NCBI GenBank assembly: GCA_023205875.1
Contig: CP060757.1
Span: 1,054,001-1,118,000 of the forward strand
Source of the DNA: Chloropicon primus
Taxonomy: Eukaryota
Reading direction: 5' to 3'
Length of the DNA: 64,000 bases
This document shows positions 1 to 10,087 of this stretch, piece after piece. The translations under genes and the position numbers were made by a program. The notes under the pieces were generated by a model, which was not told the origin of the DNA, ran no database searches, and saw only the letters and a list, made by a program, of their open reading frames with translations. How positions within the stretch are numbered: the stretch's first letter is position 1; each line of letters begins with the position of its first letter.

Positions 1-1
1 G

Positions 2-739
2 CGGGGCTGTGGGAGCTGCTGGGCCTTCTCCACAGCGGGTTCAGTGTCAGACAGAATCAAGATAGGTCGGTACAGTCAGACCGGGAAGTTGACCACGGAG
101 GTCAACCTCGCGGTTCAGGCTCTCCTCGACTGCGGGGCAGCGAACCACTCGATAGGGGGGTGCCACGGGGGGAGCGCACAGAACGCTTTCAGCTTCATGT
201 ACGAGCACGGGATTCCTGACGAGACCTGCGCCCCCTACATTGCCTCCTCGCCCGGGTGGTGGTCCGAGGAGGACTGCTGGGACACCCTGTGCAGAACGTG
301 CGACCGCCACGGGAATTGCTATCTCACCAACGACGGGAAGAGGTACAAAGTGCAGGAGTTTGGTCTCATCTTGCCCAGCACTGGCGCGTCGGACCGTGGG
401 AGCGACATGGTGTTCAAGATGCAGGCGGAGATCATGCAGCGGGGGCCCATAGTCTGTGGAATGTACGCCCATTCAAGCAGCTTTGACGACTACCTCCCGG
501 CAAACATGGGGAACTACACCGACTCTGTCATCACGGATGGCGCAACGTACAGCGGGATCACCCACGACATCGAGTTGGTGGGTTGGGGGGTTTCCGAGGA
601 CACGAAAATACCGTATTGGATTGGGAAGAACTCGTACGGGACAAGGTGGGGCCTCGACGGGTTCTTCCTCATCCAACGGGGATCGAACACCCTGAACATC
701 GAGGAGGTGTGCCACTGGGCGGTTCCCCAGTTGGACTGA
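2..739 (+). CDS. Papain-family (C1A) cysteine protease, cathepsin Z/X-like; 5' end lies outside the window
   Basis: Frame 2 from base 2 reads RGCGSCWAFS (catalytic Cys). Later motifs: CHGG, GIPDETC, RGPIVC, THDIELVGWG (His), YWIGKNSYGTRWG (Asn), NTLNIEEVC. Confidence 0.9.
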   Translation, partial: RGCGSCWAFSTAGSVSDRIKIGRYSQTGKLTTEVNLAVQALLDCGAANHSIGGCHGGSAQNAFSFMYEHGIPDETCAPYIASSPGWWSEEDCWDTLCRTCDRHGNCYLTNDGKRYKVQEFGLILPSTGASDRGSDMVFKMQAEIMQRGPIVCGMYAHSSSFDDYLPANMGNYTDSVITDGATYSGITHDIELVGWGVSEDTKIPYWIGKNSYGTRWGLDGFFLIQRGSNTLNIEEVCHWAVPQLD

Positions 740-831
740 ACAGAGGAATCAACAATATTTATGATGAATCAAAAGAAAACGCAGTAATATGCACATATGA
801 AAACAATCCATAACCCCCAAAAAAAGAATCA

Positions 832-2242
832 CTAGTACTGGCCCGTCGAGTACAGCGAGCTCAGAGCCTGCTGAGCCTCGATCGAGCCGTGTTTCGCAGC
901 CCTCCTGAACCAGAAGACGGCCTCGGAGTAGCTGCCCGTCCCGGCGTAGAGGAACATGTCCGAGTAGCTTTCCTCCCCCGATTCTCCGTCCTGGATGCCA
1001 AGTAAGAAAGTTTGGTCGTCAGCGAGTGATGGTCGCACTCCCTAAGCGCGAAGCCTGTGGCGTACCTGAAATATGTAACCCAGAAGCAGCTCGGACCTCG
1101 CGAGCATTGGGTCGACCCCTTCGAACTTTTCGCCGTGATCGACCGCCTTGTTCAACCACAGCACTGAAAACACGGAGAAGGTCAGTCTGCCTGCTGATTC
1201 CTCAACAACTTTGGTCTCCCGCCACTCACCTGCTTGCTCAATGTCCCTGATGCAACGAATCTGGGAGAGCTGCACCCCGCCGCCGCAGTAGAACGCCTCC
1301 CCAAGGACCGCCTGGCAGAACTTTGATCCCAACCTCGCTCCCCTCTTCCAGAGGTGCACCAAGTCGAAAGTCATCGCCTCCGCCGAATAGCTGCCGTCGA
1401 CATCCTTCGCCCTGCCCATGTCGTCGCAAATCTGCTTGTACTTCTCCCACGTCTCCCCCTGCCCGATCCTCCCCCGTCGCCTCACGCTCTCGTAGCTAGC
1501 CATGCAGAACTCTGTCATGCTGCGCGAGCGAACAACAAGGACGACGAACAAGTTGTGTGTGTGTGTGTGTGTCAGAAACAAGCACCAGAGAAGCAGATCA
1601 AAGAGGACGACGGGCTCGTTCGACTTACTACATGGCCACCACGAGTGCGGCGCTGGGCGATCCCCACCTGGCCATGGCATCCACGAGTTTGGGCAGCCTG
1701 CCAGGCAAGTGCCTGTTGAGCCTCTGGTTGATTAGCATCTGCACCCCTCCTGGTGGTGCCGGACGTTGTCCACCGAGACAAGTCCTCGTCGCCAGTTCCA
1801 TGGAGCAGTACCGGAACCGACTCGTGACCTCCTTGGGCAGCGCGAAGCTCTGCTTCACCAGGCCCTCCGCGGGAGAGTCAAGCAGCGCGCTAACCGCGGG
1901 ACGAAAAGAGAAGAAGGATTTGAGAGACAGAGAATAATCAGTCGGAGAATAGTCAAAAGACCAAAATTGGGCTTCGCGCCAAGTCTCGGGGACGAAAACC
2001 CGGGCGTACCTCCGCCATGCGCCGCACACCTGAGTCATCCTGAGGACGTCGCTGAAGCTCCCGTTCGATTGCAGCACACAGGAAGCAAAATAGCGTACGA
2101 GGTCGTTCCCCACGAAAGCCCAATCGGGTTCTGGTGACTTTGGCGAGAAGAGAAGCGCCAAGGGGGGCGAGGTGAGGGGCGGCGCGACGACGACTCCCCC
2201 CCCCGGCGAAACCGCCACCCTCTCCACCAGCACCGCGGACAT
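832..2242 (-). CDS. Sel1-repeat protein with a possible N-terminal F-box; 4 exons (2242-1629, 1519-1230, 1163-1066, 990-832)
   Basis: Three GT-AG introns (1628-1520, 1229-1164, 1065-991) join the ORF pieces in frame. Sel1-like segments: LGEAFYCGGG, EQAVLWLNKAVDHG, EAVFWFRRAAKHGSIEAQQALSSLY. F-box-like segment: DVLRMTQVCGAWRR. Confidence 0.7.
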
Positions 2243-2322
2243 CGTTGCACGGACCGAGACGCCTCTCTCTCTCTCTCTCTCTCCAGGGATCTCCTGACCA
2301 CCAAATGTCGTTTTCCTCTAGG

Positions 2323-2355
2323 GGCGGGAACATGAGCAAGGCGGGAACATGAGCA
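2323..2355. repeat. Direct repeat GGCGGGAACATGAGCA x2, each copy containing an E2F-like TTCCCGCC on the minus strand
   Basis: Copies at 2323-2338 and 2340-2355, upstream of the Sel1/F-box gene. Confidence 0.6.
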
Positions 2356-2458
2356 TGAACATTGCCATCTTTGTTGCTTCGAAGAGAAAGTTTAAATTAG
2401 CACGGCTTGAATCTTCAACAGGTTAAGAAGAAGGTATTCTCGTCTTCGTTCCTCCCCT

Positions 2459-3745
2459 TCAGTACAAGGGAAAGGTCGGGTCGACCGCCTTGCTCCACCG
2501 CTGCAGGCCGCCCTCCACGTCGAACACGCTCGTCGCCCCTGCCCTCAGGAGCTTGTCCACCGCGACTTGAGAGTCGTTGCCCCTTCTGCACACGACGTAG
2601 GTGTCCTTGCCCTCCCGAGCGAGTGCGGCGCCCGCAGCGACCTCCTCCTCCAGCGCGTCCATGGGCAGGCTCACGGATCCCCGGAGGTGAGCGAAGTCGT
2701 ACTCGGACTTCGGCCTCACGTCCAGGACGACGAACTCCCGGTCCGTGGCCGCGCTCCCGTCGATCCTCGACCTCAAGAACTCGCAGGAGACTCTGCGCGA
2801 CTCTGGAAGCACCCGGAGGCACGCGCTCTCGCCCTTGTCGTGCATGGCCCCCCCGCAGTTCGCCTCGTAGTCGTAAGACCCGATGGTCTCCCTCGTGATG
2901 GCTGGGCTCGAGCCGCAGACCAGGCACTTTTCCTGCCGGGGCCGAAGCTTGAGGGACCTGAAGCTCGTGGCGAGGCCGTCGAACATCAGGAGCTTCTGGG
3001 AGCAGCACTCCCCCGCCCCCGTCAGCACCTTGATCGTCTCTAGGGCCTGGAGGGTCCCGATGATCCCGGGGAGGACCCCGAGGACCCCCGAGTCGCTGCA
3101 CCGCTGGCAGGCCCCCTCCTGAGGCGGGTCGGGCCAGACGCAGCGATAGCAGGGGCACTGGTCCCCGTGGTTGTACACGGAGAGCTGCCCGTCCGTCCCG
3201 ATGGCGGCCCCCGAGACCAAGGGCTTCCCCGCGATCACGCAAGCGTCGTTCACGCAGTACCTGGTCGCGGGGTTGTCGCTCGCGTCGACGACCACGTCGT
3301 ACCCCTCCACGAGCCCCAGGGCGTTCACCGCCCGAAACCCGTCGAGGTGGACCTCCACCTCCGTGCCCGAGTTCAGCCGCCTCATCGCCTTCGAGGCGGA
3401 CACCGCCTTGTGGCTCCCGACCTCGGCCTCGTCGTGCAGGATCTGCCTGTGGAGGTTGCTCTTCTCGACGTCGTCCTGGTCGGTGACCCCGATCCTCCCG
3501 ACCCCGGCTGCCGCGAGGTAGAGGCAGACCGGCGACCCCAGCCCCCCAGCCCCCACCACGAGCACGGAAGCCTCCTTGAGCTTCCTCTGCCTGGCCACCC
3601 CGAAGCTCGGCAGGACGAGCTGCCTCGCGTACCGCTCCACCTCCCCCTTGTCGAGCCCTCCCCCGCTCCAGGAGGCCGACGACGACCCCGACGAGCACGA
3701 ACCACCAACACCTCCTCTCTCCCACGCGCAAGACGACGACCCCAT
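2459..3745 (-). CDS. MOCS3: Adenylyltransferase/sulfurtransferase MOCS3/UBA4 (ThiF + rhodanese)
   Basis: RYARQLVL, VLVVGAGGLG, SNLHRQILH, CPCYRC, C..C zinc pairs and rhodanese VVCRRGNDSQ; C-terminus DPTFPLY. ATG chosen at 3745. Confidence 0.95.
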   Translation of the reverse strand: MGSSSCAWERGGVGGSCSSGSSSASWSGGGLDKGEVERYARQLVLPSFGVARQRKLKEASVLVVGAGGLGSPVCLYLAAAGVGRIGVTDQDDVEKSNLHRQILHDEAEVGSHKAVSASKAMRRLNSGTEVEVHLDGFRAVNALGLVEGYDVVVDASDNPATRYCVNDACVIAGKPLVSGAAIGTDGQLSVYNHGDQCPCYRCVWPDPPQEGACQRCSDSGVLGVLPGIIGTLQALETIKVLTGAGECCSQKLLMFDGLATSFRSLKLRPRQEKCLVCGSSPAITRETIGSYDYEANCGGAMHDKGESACLRVLPESRRVSCEFLRSRIDGSAATDREFVVLDVRPKSEYDFAHLRGSVSLPMDALEEEVAAGAALAREGKDTYVVCRRGNDSQVAVDKLLRAGATSVFDVEGGLQRWSKAVDPTFPLY

Positions 3746-3908
3746 CGTCGTAACAATAACACAATAACACACCGAGGACGAAGGAAGGAAGGGCAGGAAG
3801 GACGCGCGCCCTTTTTCGCTCTCCTCTCCTCCCCCTGGGATACAAATCTCCTTGGGGGGAACTTGTGGCTGTGCTCTCTGGAGGAGATCTTCGCTTACTT
3901 TGCTCGGT

Positions 3909-5099
3909 ATGGCGACGACGATGGCGATGACGATGGCGACGGGAGGGGGAGGTGTGGTGCGAAGGGCGGGTGCGAGGGCGGCGCAGAGGGTGAGACTCGC
4001 CAGGAGGCCAGAAAGTTGTTCCCGTTCGAACGGAGCGGCGAGGAGAAGGAGCAGTGGGGTGGATTGTCGGATCTCCGATCTCGTGTGCAGGGCGGAGGAG
4101 CTCAGGTGGGTGGGAGAGACCACCACCGCGAAGGAGGCCGTCGTCGTCCAGGAGAAGGAGGAGGAGGAGCTCAGGTGGGTGGGAGAGACCACCACCGCGA
4201 AGGAGGCCGTCGTCGCCCAGGAGGAGCCGGCCGTCGACGTGAGCCTCGGCCCGGACTCTCGCGTGCTCGTGACGGGAGCGGGGGGAAGGACCGGGCAGCT
4301 CGTGCTGAAGAAGCTGGCGGAGCAGGGCATCTCGACGAGAGGGCTCTTTCGCACGGAGAAGAGCAAGAAAAAAATCGCGAAGATGCTCGGGGCTGACGCC
4401 CGAGTCGATCTCGTGGTCGGAGACGTCTCTTCGGCGGAGGACGTGAAGGCGGCCATGGAGGGCTGCACGCACGTCGTCCTGCTGAGTTCCGCCAAGCCCC
4501 AGATCAAGAAGCGGTCCTTGGTGAGGATTCTCGTCAAGAAGCTTTTCAGAATGGATCCCGGGAGGCCGAGCTTCAGGTGGATCGAGAACGGCTCGCCCGA
4601 GGTGGTCGACTACCTCGGGGGCAAAGCGCAGATCGACGCGGCCGTGGCCGCCGGGGTCAAGCAGTTCGTGTACGTAGGATCCATGGGCGGCACGCAGAGC
4701 GACAACTTTTTGAACACGATAGGGGACGGAAACATTCTGCTATGGAAGAGGAAGGCTGAGGTGTACCTCGCGGGGAGCGGCATGAAGTACACCATCGTGC
4801 ACCCCGGCGGCCTTCTGAACAAGGAGGGGGGCGAGAGGAAGCTCGTGATCGACGTGGACGACAAAATTTTGGAGACGAAGGAGAGGTCCGTCCCACGCGA
4901 GGACGTGGCGAGCGTGGTCGTGGGCTGCCTGGGCCTGGACGAGGCGGTGGACACCGCGTTCGACCTCGCCAGCAAGGATCCCGAGGGGGGGTCGACCGAG
5001 CCACTGGACGTGCCATCCTTGCTCAAGACTCTCGACGGCAAGTCGTGCGACTACGCCCTGAACTCGGAGGACGTCGAGAACCTCGTCCTCTCGCAGTAG
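3909..5099 (+). CDS. NAD(P)-binding Rossmann-fold (atypical SDR) protein, likely plastid-targeted
   Basis: VLVTGAGGRTG, PEVVDYLGGKAQIDAA, GSMGGT, NILLWKRKAE, YTIVHPGGL, PREDVA. Arg/Ala/Ser-rich leader ending LVCRA. Confidence 0.9.
   Translation: MATTMAMTMATGGGGVVRRAGARAAQRVRLARRPESCSRSNGAARRRSSGVDCRISDLVCRAEELRWVGETTTAKEAVVVQEKEEEELRWVGETTTAKEAVVAQEEPAVDVSLGPDSRVLVTGAGGRTGQLVLKKLAEQGISTRGLFRTEKSKKKIAKMLGADARVDLVVGDVSSAEDVKAAMEGCTHVVLLSSAKPQIKKRSLVRILVKKLFRMDPGRPSFRWIENGSPEVVDYLGGKAQIDAAVAAGVKQFVYVGSMGGTQSDNFLNTIGDGNILLWKRKAEVYLAGSGMKYTIVHPGGLLNKEGGERKLVIDVDDKILETKERSVPREDVASVVVGCLGLDEAVDTAFDLASKDPEGGSTEPLDVPSLLKTLDGKSCDYALNSEDVENLVLSQ
4095..4224 (+). repeat. In-frame 69-bp tandem duplication (EELRWVGETTTAKEAVV.QE x2)
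   Basis: ctcaggtgggtgggagagaccaccaccgcgaaggaggccgtcgtcg starts at both 4101 and 4170. Confidence 0.9.
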
Positions 5100-5223
5100 G
5101 GCACAGCACGGTCGGAGGCAGAAGGAACATCAAAACTAGGTAGAATAAATAAAACCACGACCGTTTGGGGTGGGTGGGGCAAGGGTGTCCACTTTTCATG
5201 ATTTTTCGGACAATTCTTTTTTT

Positions 5224-6738
5224 TTACAAGATTTCGCTGTCACTCCTGTGGCTCCTTCCCGACCACAAGGGCTTCAAGTTGTTCCTCTCGCTCGGCAGAT
5301 CCGAATCGTTTGCCTGCTGGTACCTCCTCTCGTTGAAGCCGTTGGAGCAGAACTTGAAGGCGGATGCCACGGACACGCCCACCGCGACGAGGGCCACGAA
5401 GATGGCACAGAAGAACAGGGCACTCAGTATCTCTGCCCTGTCGTGCCTCTGCGAGCTGGCCACCGGGGCGGACTCCTCCACCAAAATCAACTCCTCCACT
5501 GAATCTTCCTCGAGCTGGGCTACGGCCTGGTCCTGAGCCTCCGACCCGCTCTCGAGTGGGTCCCGGGCGATCGCGAAGGGTTGCGAGTCCGGGGCGCTCT
5601 TGGCAACCAGCGCGATGTTCACGTTCTCGATGATGTGAGACAGCGCGTCCTCGTCAAGAGTGATTTCCTCCACCACTTCCACGTGGGGCGGGATGTATGC
5701 GTGGGGGTCCACGGGCTGCACGTCCGCGTAAGCGGCGGGCAGCTCCGGCGGGTAGTGCCTCGCGGCGCTGGCCTGCTCCTCCGTCCCGAGCTCCTCCCAA
5801 GCTTCGTCGATCAGCTTGTCGAGCATGTCGGGGAGCTCCTGCTCCAAAGCAAAGATCTGCCCAAAGTTCGCCATCTGGGTCAGGTCCGGGATCGCGGGCA
5901 TCGCGGGCATCGCGGGCACCGCGGGCACGGTGGTCTGAATGATGTAGTCCATGCCGTCCTCATCCTCGTCCCCGAGCGCCGCCGCGCTCGGTCCCGTCGT
6001 CTCGTTCAGCGCAGCAGCGAGGTCGGTCCCGTTGAGGTCGATCGTGACGGTCTTCGAGGGGAGGATCACCGTCTCCCCCACCCCCAGCTCCTCCGCTGCG
6101 GCGGGAAGACCCTGCATGACGTCGAGCAAGGTGGCCTGGAGGTCGTTGCCGTTCTTGGGAATGGCCGCGGACAGGATCTGTGGACCGAGCATGCCAGCCA
6201 CCCCGCTTCCGAAGCTGAAGGGCGTCGCCGCGGGTCCCCCGGAGGAGGGAATCATGCTGCAGAAGCTCTTGTACATCTCCTTGGCGTTCGCGGGGAACAT
6301 CATGGAGGCCAAGCCGCCCCCCGTCATGCTGTTCATCACGAGGGGGTTGCACGCCTCCTTGGCCAGCTCGGAGCTCTCGGAGAAGATCTCCCTCGCCGTG
6401 TCGGCGCTCATCGCGGGGAACGCGGGGAAAACCGCCGGGCCCGCCGCCTTCGGCATCATCGCCTGGCCCAGCTTGAGCAGCTCCGCGATGCCGTCCCCGG
6501 AGACGGACGCGTCCGGCACGCCGAGCAGGTTGAAGTTAAAGGACTCCTGCAAGTGCCTGCGGATCTGCTGGCCCTCGAAGTTTGCGACCCCAACGATCCC
6601 GGCGAGAACTCGCTTCGCGGCATCCTTCTGCTGCTCCCTCGCCGCAAGTCCTCCCCCCTCAGCGATCGACCTCCCCACCAGGGCGAGGAGCACCGCCACC
6701 GTCGCCACCCTGCCGGCAAAACCTCTTCGCTGCCACAT
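5224..6738 (-). CDS. Uncharacterised type I membrane protein (signal peptide, acidic/Met-Pro-Ala-rich ectodomain, C-terminal TM)
   Basis: First ATG at 6738 (MWQRRG...VAVLLALVGRSIA). TM: ILSALFFCAIFVALVAVGVSVA. Short cytosolic tail ending DSEIL. Codon usage is strongly coding-like. Confidence 0.75.
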   Translation of the reverse strand: MWQRRGFAGRVATVAVLLALVGRSIAEGGGLAAREQQKDAAKRVLAGIVGVANFEGQQIRRHLQESFNFNLLGVPDASVSGDGIAELLKLGQAMMPKAAGPAVFPAFPAMSADTAREIFSESSELAKEACNPLVMNSMTGGGLASMMFPANAKEMYKSFCSMIPSSGGPAATPFSFGSGVAGMLGPQILSAAIPKNGNDLQATLLDVMQGLPAAAEELGVGETVILPSKTVTIDLNGTDLAAALNETTGPSAAALGDEDEDGMDYIIQTTVPAVPAMPAMPAIPDLTQMANFGQIFALEQELPDMLDKLIDEAWEELGTEEQASAARHYPPELPAAYADVQPVDPHAYIPPHVEVVEEITLDEDALSHIIENVNIALVAKSAPDSQPFAIARDPLESGSEAQDQAVAQLEEDSVEELILVEESAPVASSQRHDRAEILSALFFCAIFVALVAVGVSVASAFKFCSNGFNERRYQQANDSDLPSERNNLKPLWSGRSHRSDSEIL

Positions 6739-6943
6739 CCTTCCCGTCGTCCGTCGTCGTCTACACCAAGGCCCGCGCGTCTCTCTGCCTCTCGAATGCA
6801 CAGCGACCGCCGAACCGCACTCTCCGTCTTTGTCGTAACGCCCGCTGCTCGTCAAAAAAGATCGATCGATGCCTTTGAGGTCGAGATCAAGAGAACGTCA
6901 AGATCGAGGAATGAGGATTAGGGGGGAGAAGAATTAGGAACTG

Positions 6944-8251
6944 ATGGAGGAGGTCGAGCACTGGTGGAGGGTTTCGGGGGGGGAGGGGAAGGGGGAACAC
7001 AGGGTGGAGGTGGCCTTCGCGCCCCTCGCGATTCGATTGAACAGGCGGTGGAAGACCGCGCACAGCGCGTCGAGCGAGAGGACGAACGCCAAGTTTGACA
7101 TCTCCGTGGACGGGTTCGTGGGGTCCTCGGAGGTGGGGTTGCCGCCCCCGAAGGCCGGGATCTACGAGGGGACGGCGGCGGACTGTCGGACGCTGGCGCT
7201 GGACTTCTCCCGCCGCGTGACGTTCGTCCTCGGCGAGAGGGTGGCGGCGTCGGGGGCGACGGCCGTCAGTCTGGAGGGGCTCGAAACCGGGGGGAGGACA
7301 CCCTTCGGCAGCGGGGGTAACGGCGGTGGCGGGGTCGACCTGGCGCGTCAGCCGGAGTCGGGGGCGGAGGAGCTCCTCGTGATGATTCTGGGAGCCCTGG
7401 ACGAGTGCGCCGCGACGGGGAGGCACCCGAGGGCCGCGCTGGCCCTGCTGGAGACCGCCATCCTGAGGTGTCTCAGCTCGGCAGCCGAGGTCCCGGTGCG
7501 AGACATCTTGGGCGTCGAGGGCAGCCCGGACGGCGCCCGGTGCTTTTACACGGTCGGGATGACGTCCTGCAGGGAGGAGCTCGCGGGGGACGTCAGCTAC
7601 GGCAGGAGGAACACCGATTTCCTCAAGTTCAAGGTCGACGGGGACCTGGAGACCTGCGCCAAGGTTTTCGCGTACCTCGAGGAGGAGAGCCTCCTCGTGG
7701 ACGGCCGCAGGAACGTCGCGATCGACGCGAACTGCTCTTGGAGCCCGAGGCTCGCCCTCGAGTTCCTGGATCGGATGGAAAAGTACCTTCCCCACCTCTT
7801 CATGATCGAGCAGCCCTTCCCCTTCGACGTGCCCTTCTCCGACTCCTCGCCGGAGGAGAGGGAAGGGTGGGCGAGGTTCAAGCGGGAGTGCGCGCGGCGC
7901 GGCATCTCGGTCTACGCCGACGAGAGCATGAGGACCAGCGGGGACGTGAAGGACCTGAGCCCCTTCTGCCACGGGGTGAACATCAAGCTGGAGAAGACAG
8001 GGGGCTACAGGGAAGCGGTCAGGGCCTGGAGAGAGTGTCAGGCAGGTGGGCTGACCGTGTGGCTGGGCTGCATGGTCGGCACGGCGCTCAACTGCAACGT
8101 GATCGTGGAGATCCTGTCCATGTCGGATGGCTCCGTCGACCTCGACGGCTTCCTGCTGACGAGCCCCGAGTGCCAGCCCTGCAGACCGAGCTTTCGCCTG
8201 ACGGGGAGGGAGGAGTGCCCGGCCGGCCGCATCTTGATGGATCGATTGTAA
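6944..8251 (+). CDS. Enolase-superfamily dipeptide epimerase (L-Ala-D/L-Glu epimerase-like)
   Basis: KxK (LKFKVDG); metal ligands DAN, IEQP, ADES; second Lys NIKLEKTGG; GCM; DLDG substrate motif. Confidence 0.85.
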   Translation: MEEVEHWWRVSGGEGKGEHRVEVAFAPLAIRLNRRWKTAHSASSERTNAKFDISVDGFVGSSEVGLPPPKAGIYEGTAADCRTLALDFSRRVTFVLGERVAASGATAVSLEGLETGGRTPFGSGGNGGGGVDLARQPESGAEELLVMILGALDECAATGRHPRAALALLETAILRCLSSAAEVPVRDILGVEGSPDGARCFYTVGMTSCREELAGDVSYGRRNTDFLKFKVDGDLETCAKVFAYLEEESLLVDGRRNVAIDANCSWSPRLALEFLDRMEKYLPHLFMIEQPFPFDVPFSDSSPEEREGWARFKRECARRGISVYADESMRTSGDVKDLSPFCHGVNIKLEKTGGYREAVRAWRECQAGGLTVWLGCMVGTALNCNVIVEILSMSDGSVDLDGFLLTSPECQPCRPSFRLTGREECPAGRILMDRL

Positions 8252-8458
8252 TTGACGATGCTCTTGTGCTGTTGCTATATATAGAAACACCTCGCAATCC
8301 TCCTCTAGCGGGGGCATCCCTCATGGAGCGGCTTCTCTTCGACTCCAAATTTTCATTTTCTCTCCAGCCAAGATTGAGATATTTGGGAGGGGTGTACAAG
8401 GTAGGGTAACGCTCGGGCACAAGGAACAAGGGAGCCCGGCGCCCGCCCGCACGCACCG

Positions 8459-9988
8459 ATGGAGGGGGGGCAGACGACAACGGCGGCAATGGAGGTGGAG
8501 ATATCCCCCGCGGGGGTTGCCCAAGACCTCATGGGCTCACTGCGAAACGTGAACTCGATGGCCGCCATGGACAACCCTGGTTCGGTGGACGGTTCGGTTG
8601 CGTCGGTGCGAGGTCCGGCGCGGTCTCTGGTGAGCTCGGTGAGGGACGCGGACGGTGCCGCTCGAAAGAACATCACTGAACTTCAGCCGGAGGACGGGAA
8701 CCCTGACTCCCACGCGCCCGCGAGAGTGAGCGATTGGTACCACACGACGTTCAACCTCCTTGCCGAGATCATGGGAACCGGCATTCTGAGCTTGCCGGCG
8801 ACGGTGGCGGGCCTTGGTTACGTTCTGGGTTCAGTCTCCATCGCTCTCGCAGCTGTGGCCATATACTACTCGGGCTTCATTCTCGCGAAGACCAAGAACA
8901 CGTACTACTCGCAGATTCTGAGCTACGGCGACATGGCGTTCATCGCTCACGGTCGTTGGTTCGAGCAGAGCACGCGCTGGCTTCTCTACGCCAACTGGTA
9001 CTCTCTCATGTGCTACTACATCCTGGCTCTCGCGAGCTGCTTCATGTCGGCATTCTATTGGCGAAAGGACATTTGCTTCTGGGGGTGGGGCCTCATCGCA
9101 GTGGCGGTCCTGGTGCCGTTCGTGCAGGTGCGCACGTTCCACGCCATATCGTACGCCGCGCTCCTCAGCACCATCAGCATCATTGCCGCCGTGGCAATCA
9201 TCGTGGCGTCCTTCATCCTCGGTGGCACCGAGGAGGCTCAGTCGAGCGACTTCATTCCGCCGAGCGCCGCTGTCCCAAAGCAGACCTTCCTGCAGGGCTA
9301 CAGTTCCATTGCCAACATCATCTTTGCTTTCCAAGGCCAGTCGGAGTTCTATGAGCTCAGTGCGGAGATGAAGAATCCCAAGCGCTTTCCCCTCTCCCTC
9401 GGGGTGTCCCAAAGCATCATGCTCTTCATGTACCTGTTCACCTCGCTCATGGCCTACACCTACGGCGGCCAGAACGTGAACGGTTTCATCCTGTACAGCC
9501 TCCCCGAGAATGGATTGAGGACAGCCTGCTCTGTGCTAGTGGGGATACACATCATAGTCGCTTACATGGTCACGAGCCAGCCATTGAGTTACAAGGCCCA
9601 CGAGTACTTGTCGAGGGCGACTTTGCACGCGTCGAGCATCAAGGCGTCGCTGATCCACTTTGGCATCACCTCGGTCTTCTTGGGAGTGGGCTTTGTCGTT
9701 GCCAACTTGATCCCCTTCTTCGCAGACATGCAGGGCGTGATCGCGGCCTTCGCCGCCTCGCCAATCGTCTTCTTCTATCCCGCCTACTTCTACTACAAGG
9801 CGAGCACCGCCGCGGGAGACTGGGGGGCCGTGCCGAAGTACGAAAAAGCTTGGCTCGGCGCGATGATGTTCGTCCTTTTCCCTTTCTGCTTCTTCGTCGG
9901 TCTCGCCAGCAGCATCAGCGGGATCGCTACCGGCTGGTCAGGGGAGAGCAAGGTTCCGTTCGCCTGCATTCAGGCAAGCCAGCTCTGA
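8459..9988 (+). CDS. Amino acid/auxin permease (AAAP, Aa_trans) family transporter
   Basis: FNLLAEIMGTGILSLP, SYGDMA, IFAFQGQ, AEMKNPKRF; about 11 hydrophobic segments. Confidence 0.92.
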   Translation: MEGGQTTTAAMEVEISPAGVAQDLMGSLRNVNSMAAMDNPGSVDGSVASVRGPARSLVSSVRDADGAARKNITELQPEDGNPDSHAPARVSDWYHTTFNLLAEIMGTGILSLPATVAGLGYVLGSVSIALAAVAIYYSGFILAKTKNTYYSQILSYGDMAFIAHGRWFEQSTRWLLYANWYSLMCYYILALASCFMSAFYWRKDICFWGWGLIAVAVLVPFVQVRTFHAISYAALLSTISIIAAVAIIVASFILGGTEEAQSSDFIPPSAAVPKQTFLQGYSSIANIIFAFQGQSEFYELSAEMKNPKRFPLSLGVSQSIMLFMYLFTSLMAYTYGGQNVNGFILYSLPENGLRTACSVLVGIHIIVAYMVTSQPLSYKAHEYLSRATLHASSIKASLIHFGITSVFLGVGFVVANLIPFFADMQGVIAAFAASPIVFFYPAYFYYKASTAAGDWGAVPKYEKAWLGAMMFVLFPFCFFVGLASSISGIATGWSGESKVPFACIQASQL

Positions 9989-10087
9989 CGAGGATCTTGA
10001 TCTTCCAAGTCCATTCCTAAAAGAAAACAAGCTTCCTCTATAACAAGATTTAGTCTTGCAAGTATTGTATGATACAAGACGCTTTTG

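Noticed and set aside
3990..4090. Possible intron GTGAGA...TGCAG in the SDR gene
   Set aside because: Its length (101 nt) would shift the frame, and the unspliced sequence reads as a normal transit peptide.
3746..4537. Apparent long N-terminal extension of MOCS3
   Set aside because: It is the antisense of the divergent SDR gene; MOCS3 homology begins near the ATG at 3745.
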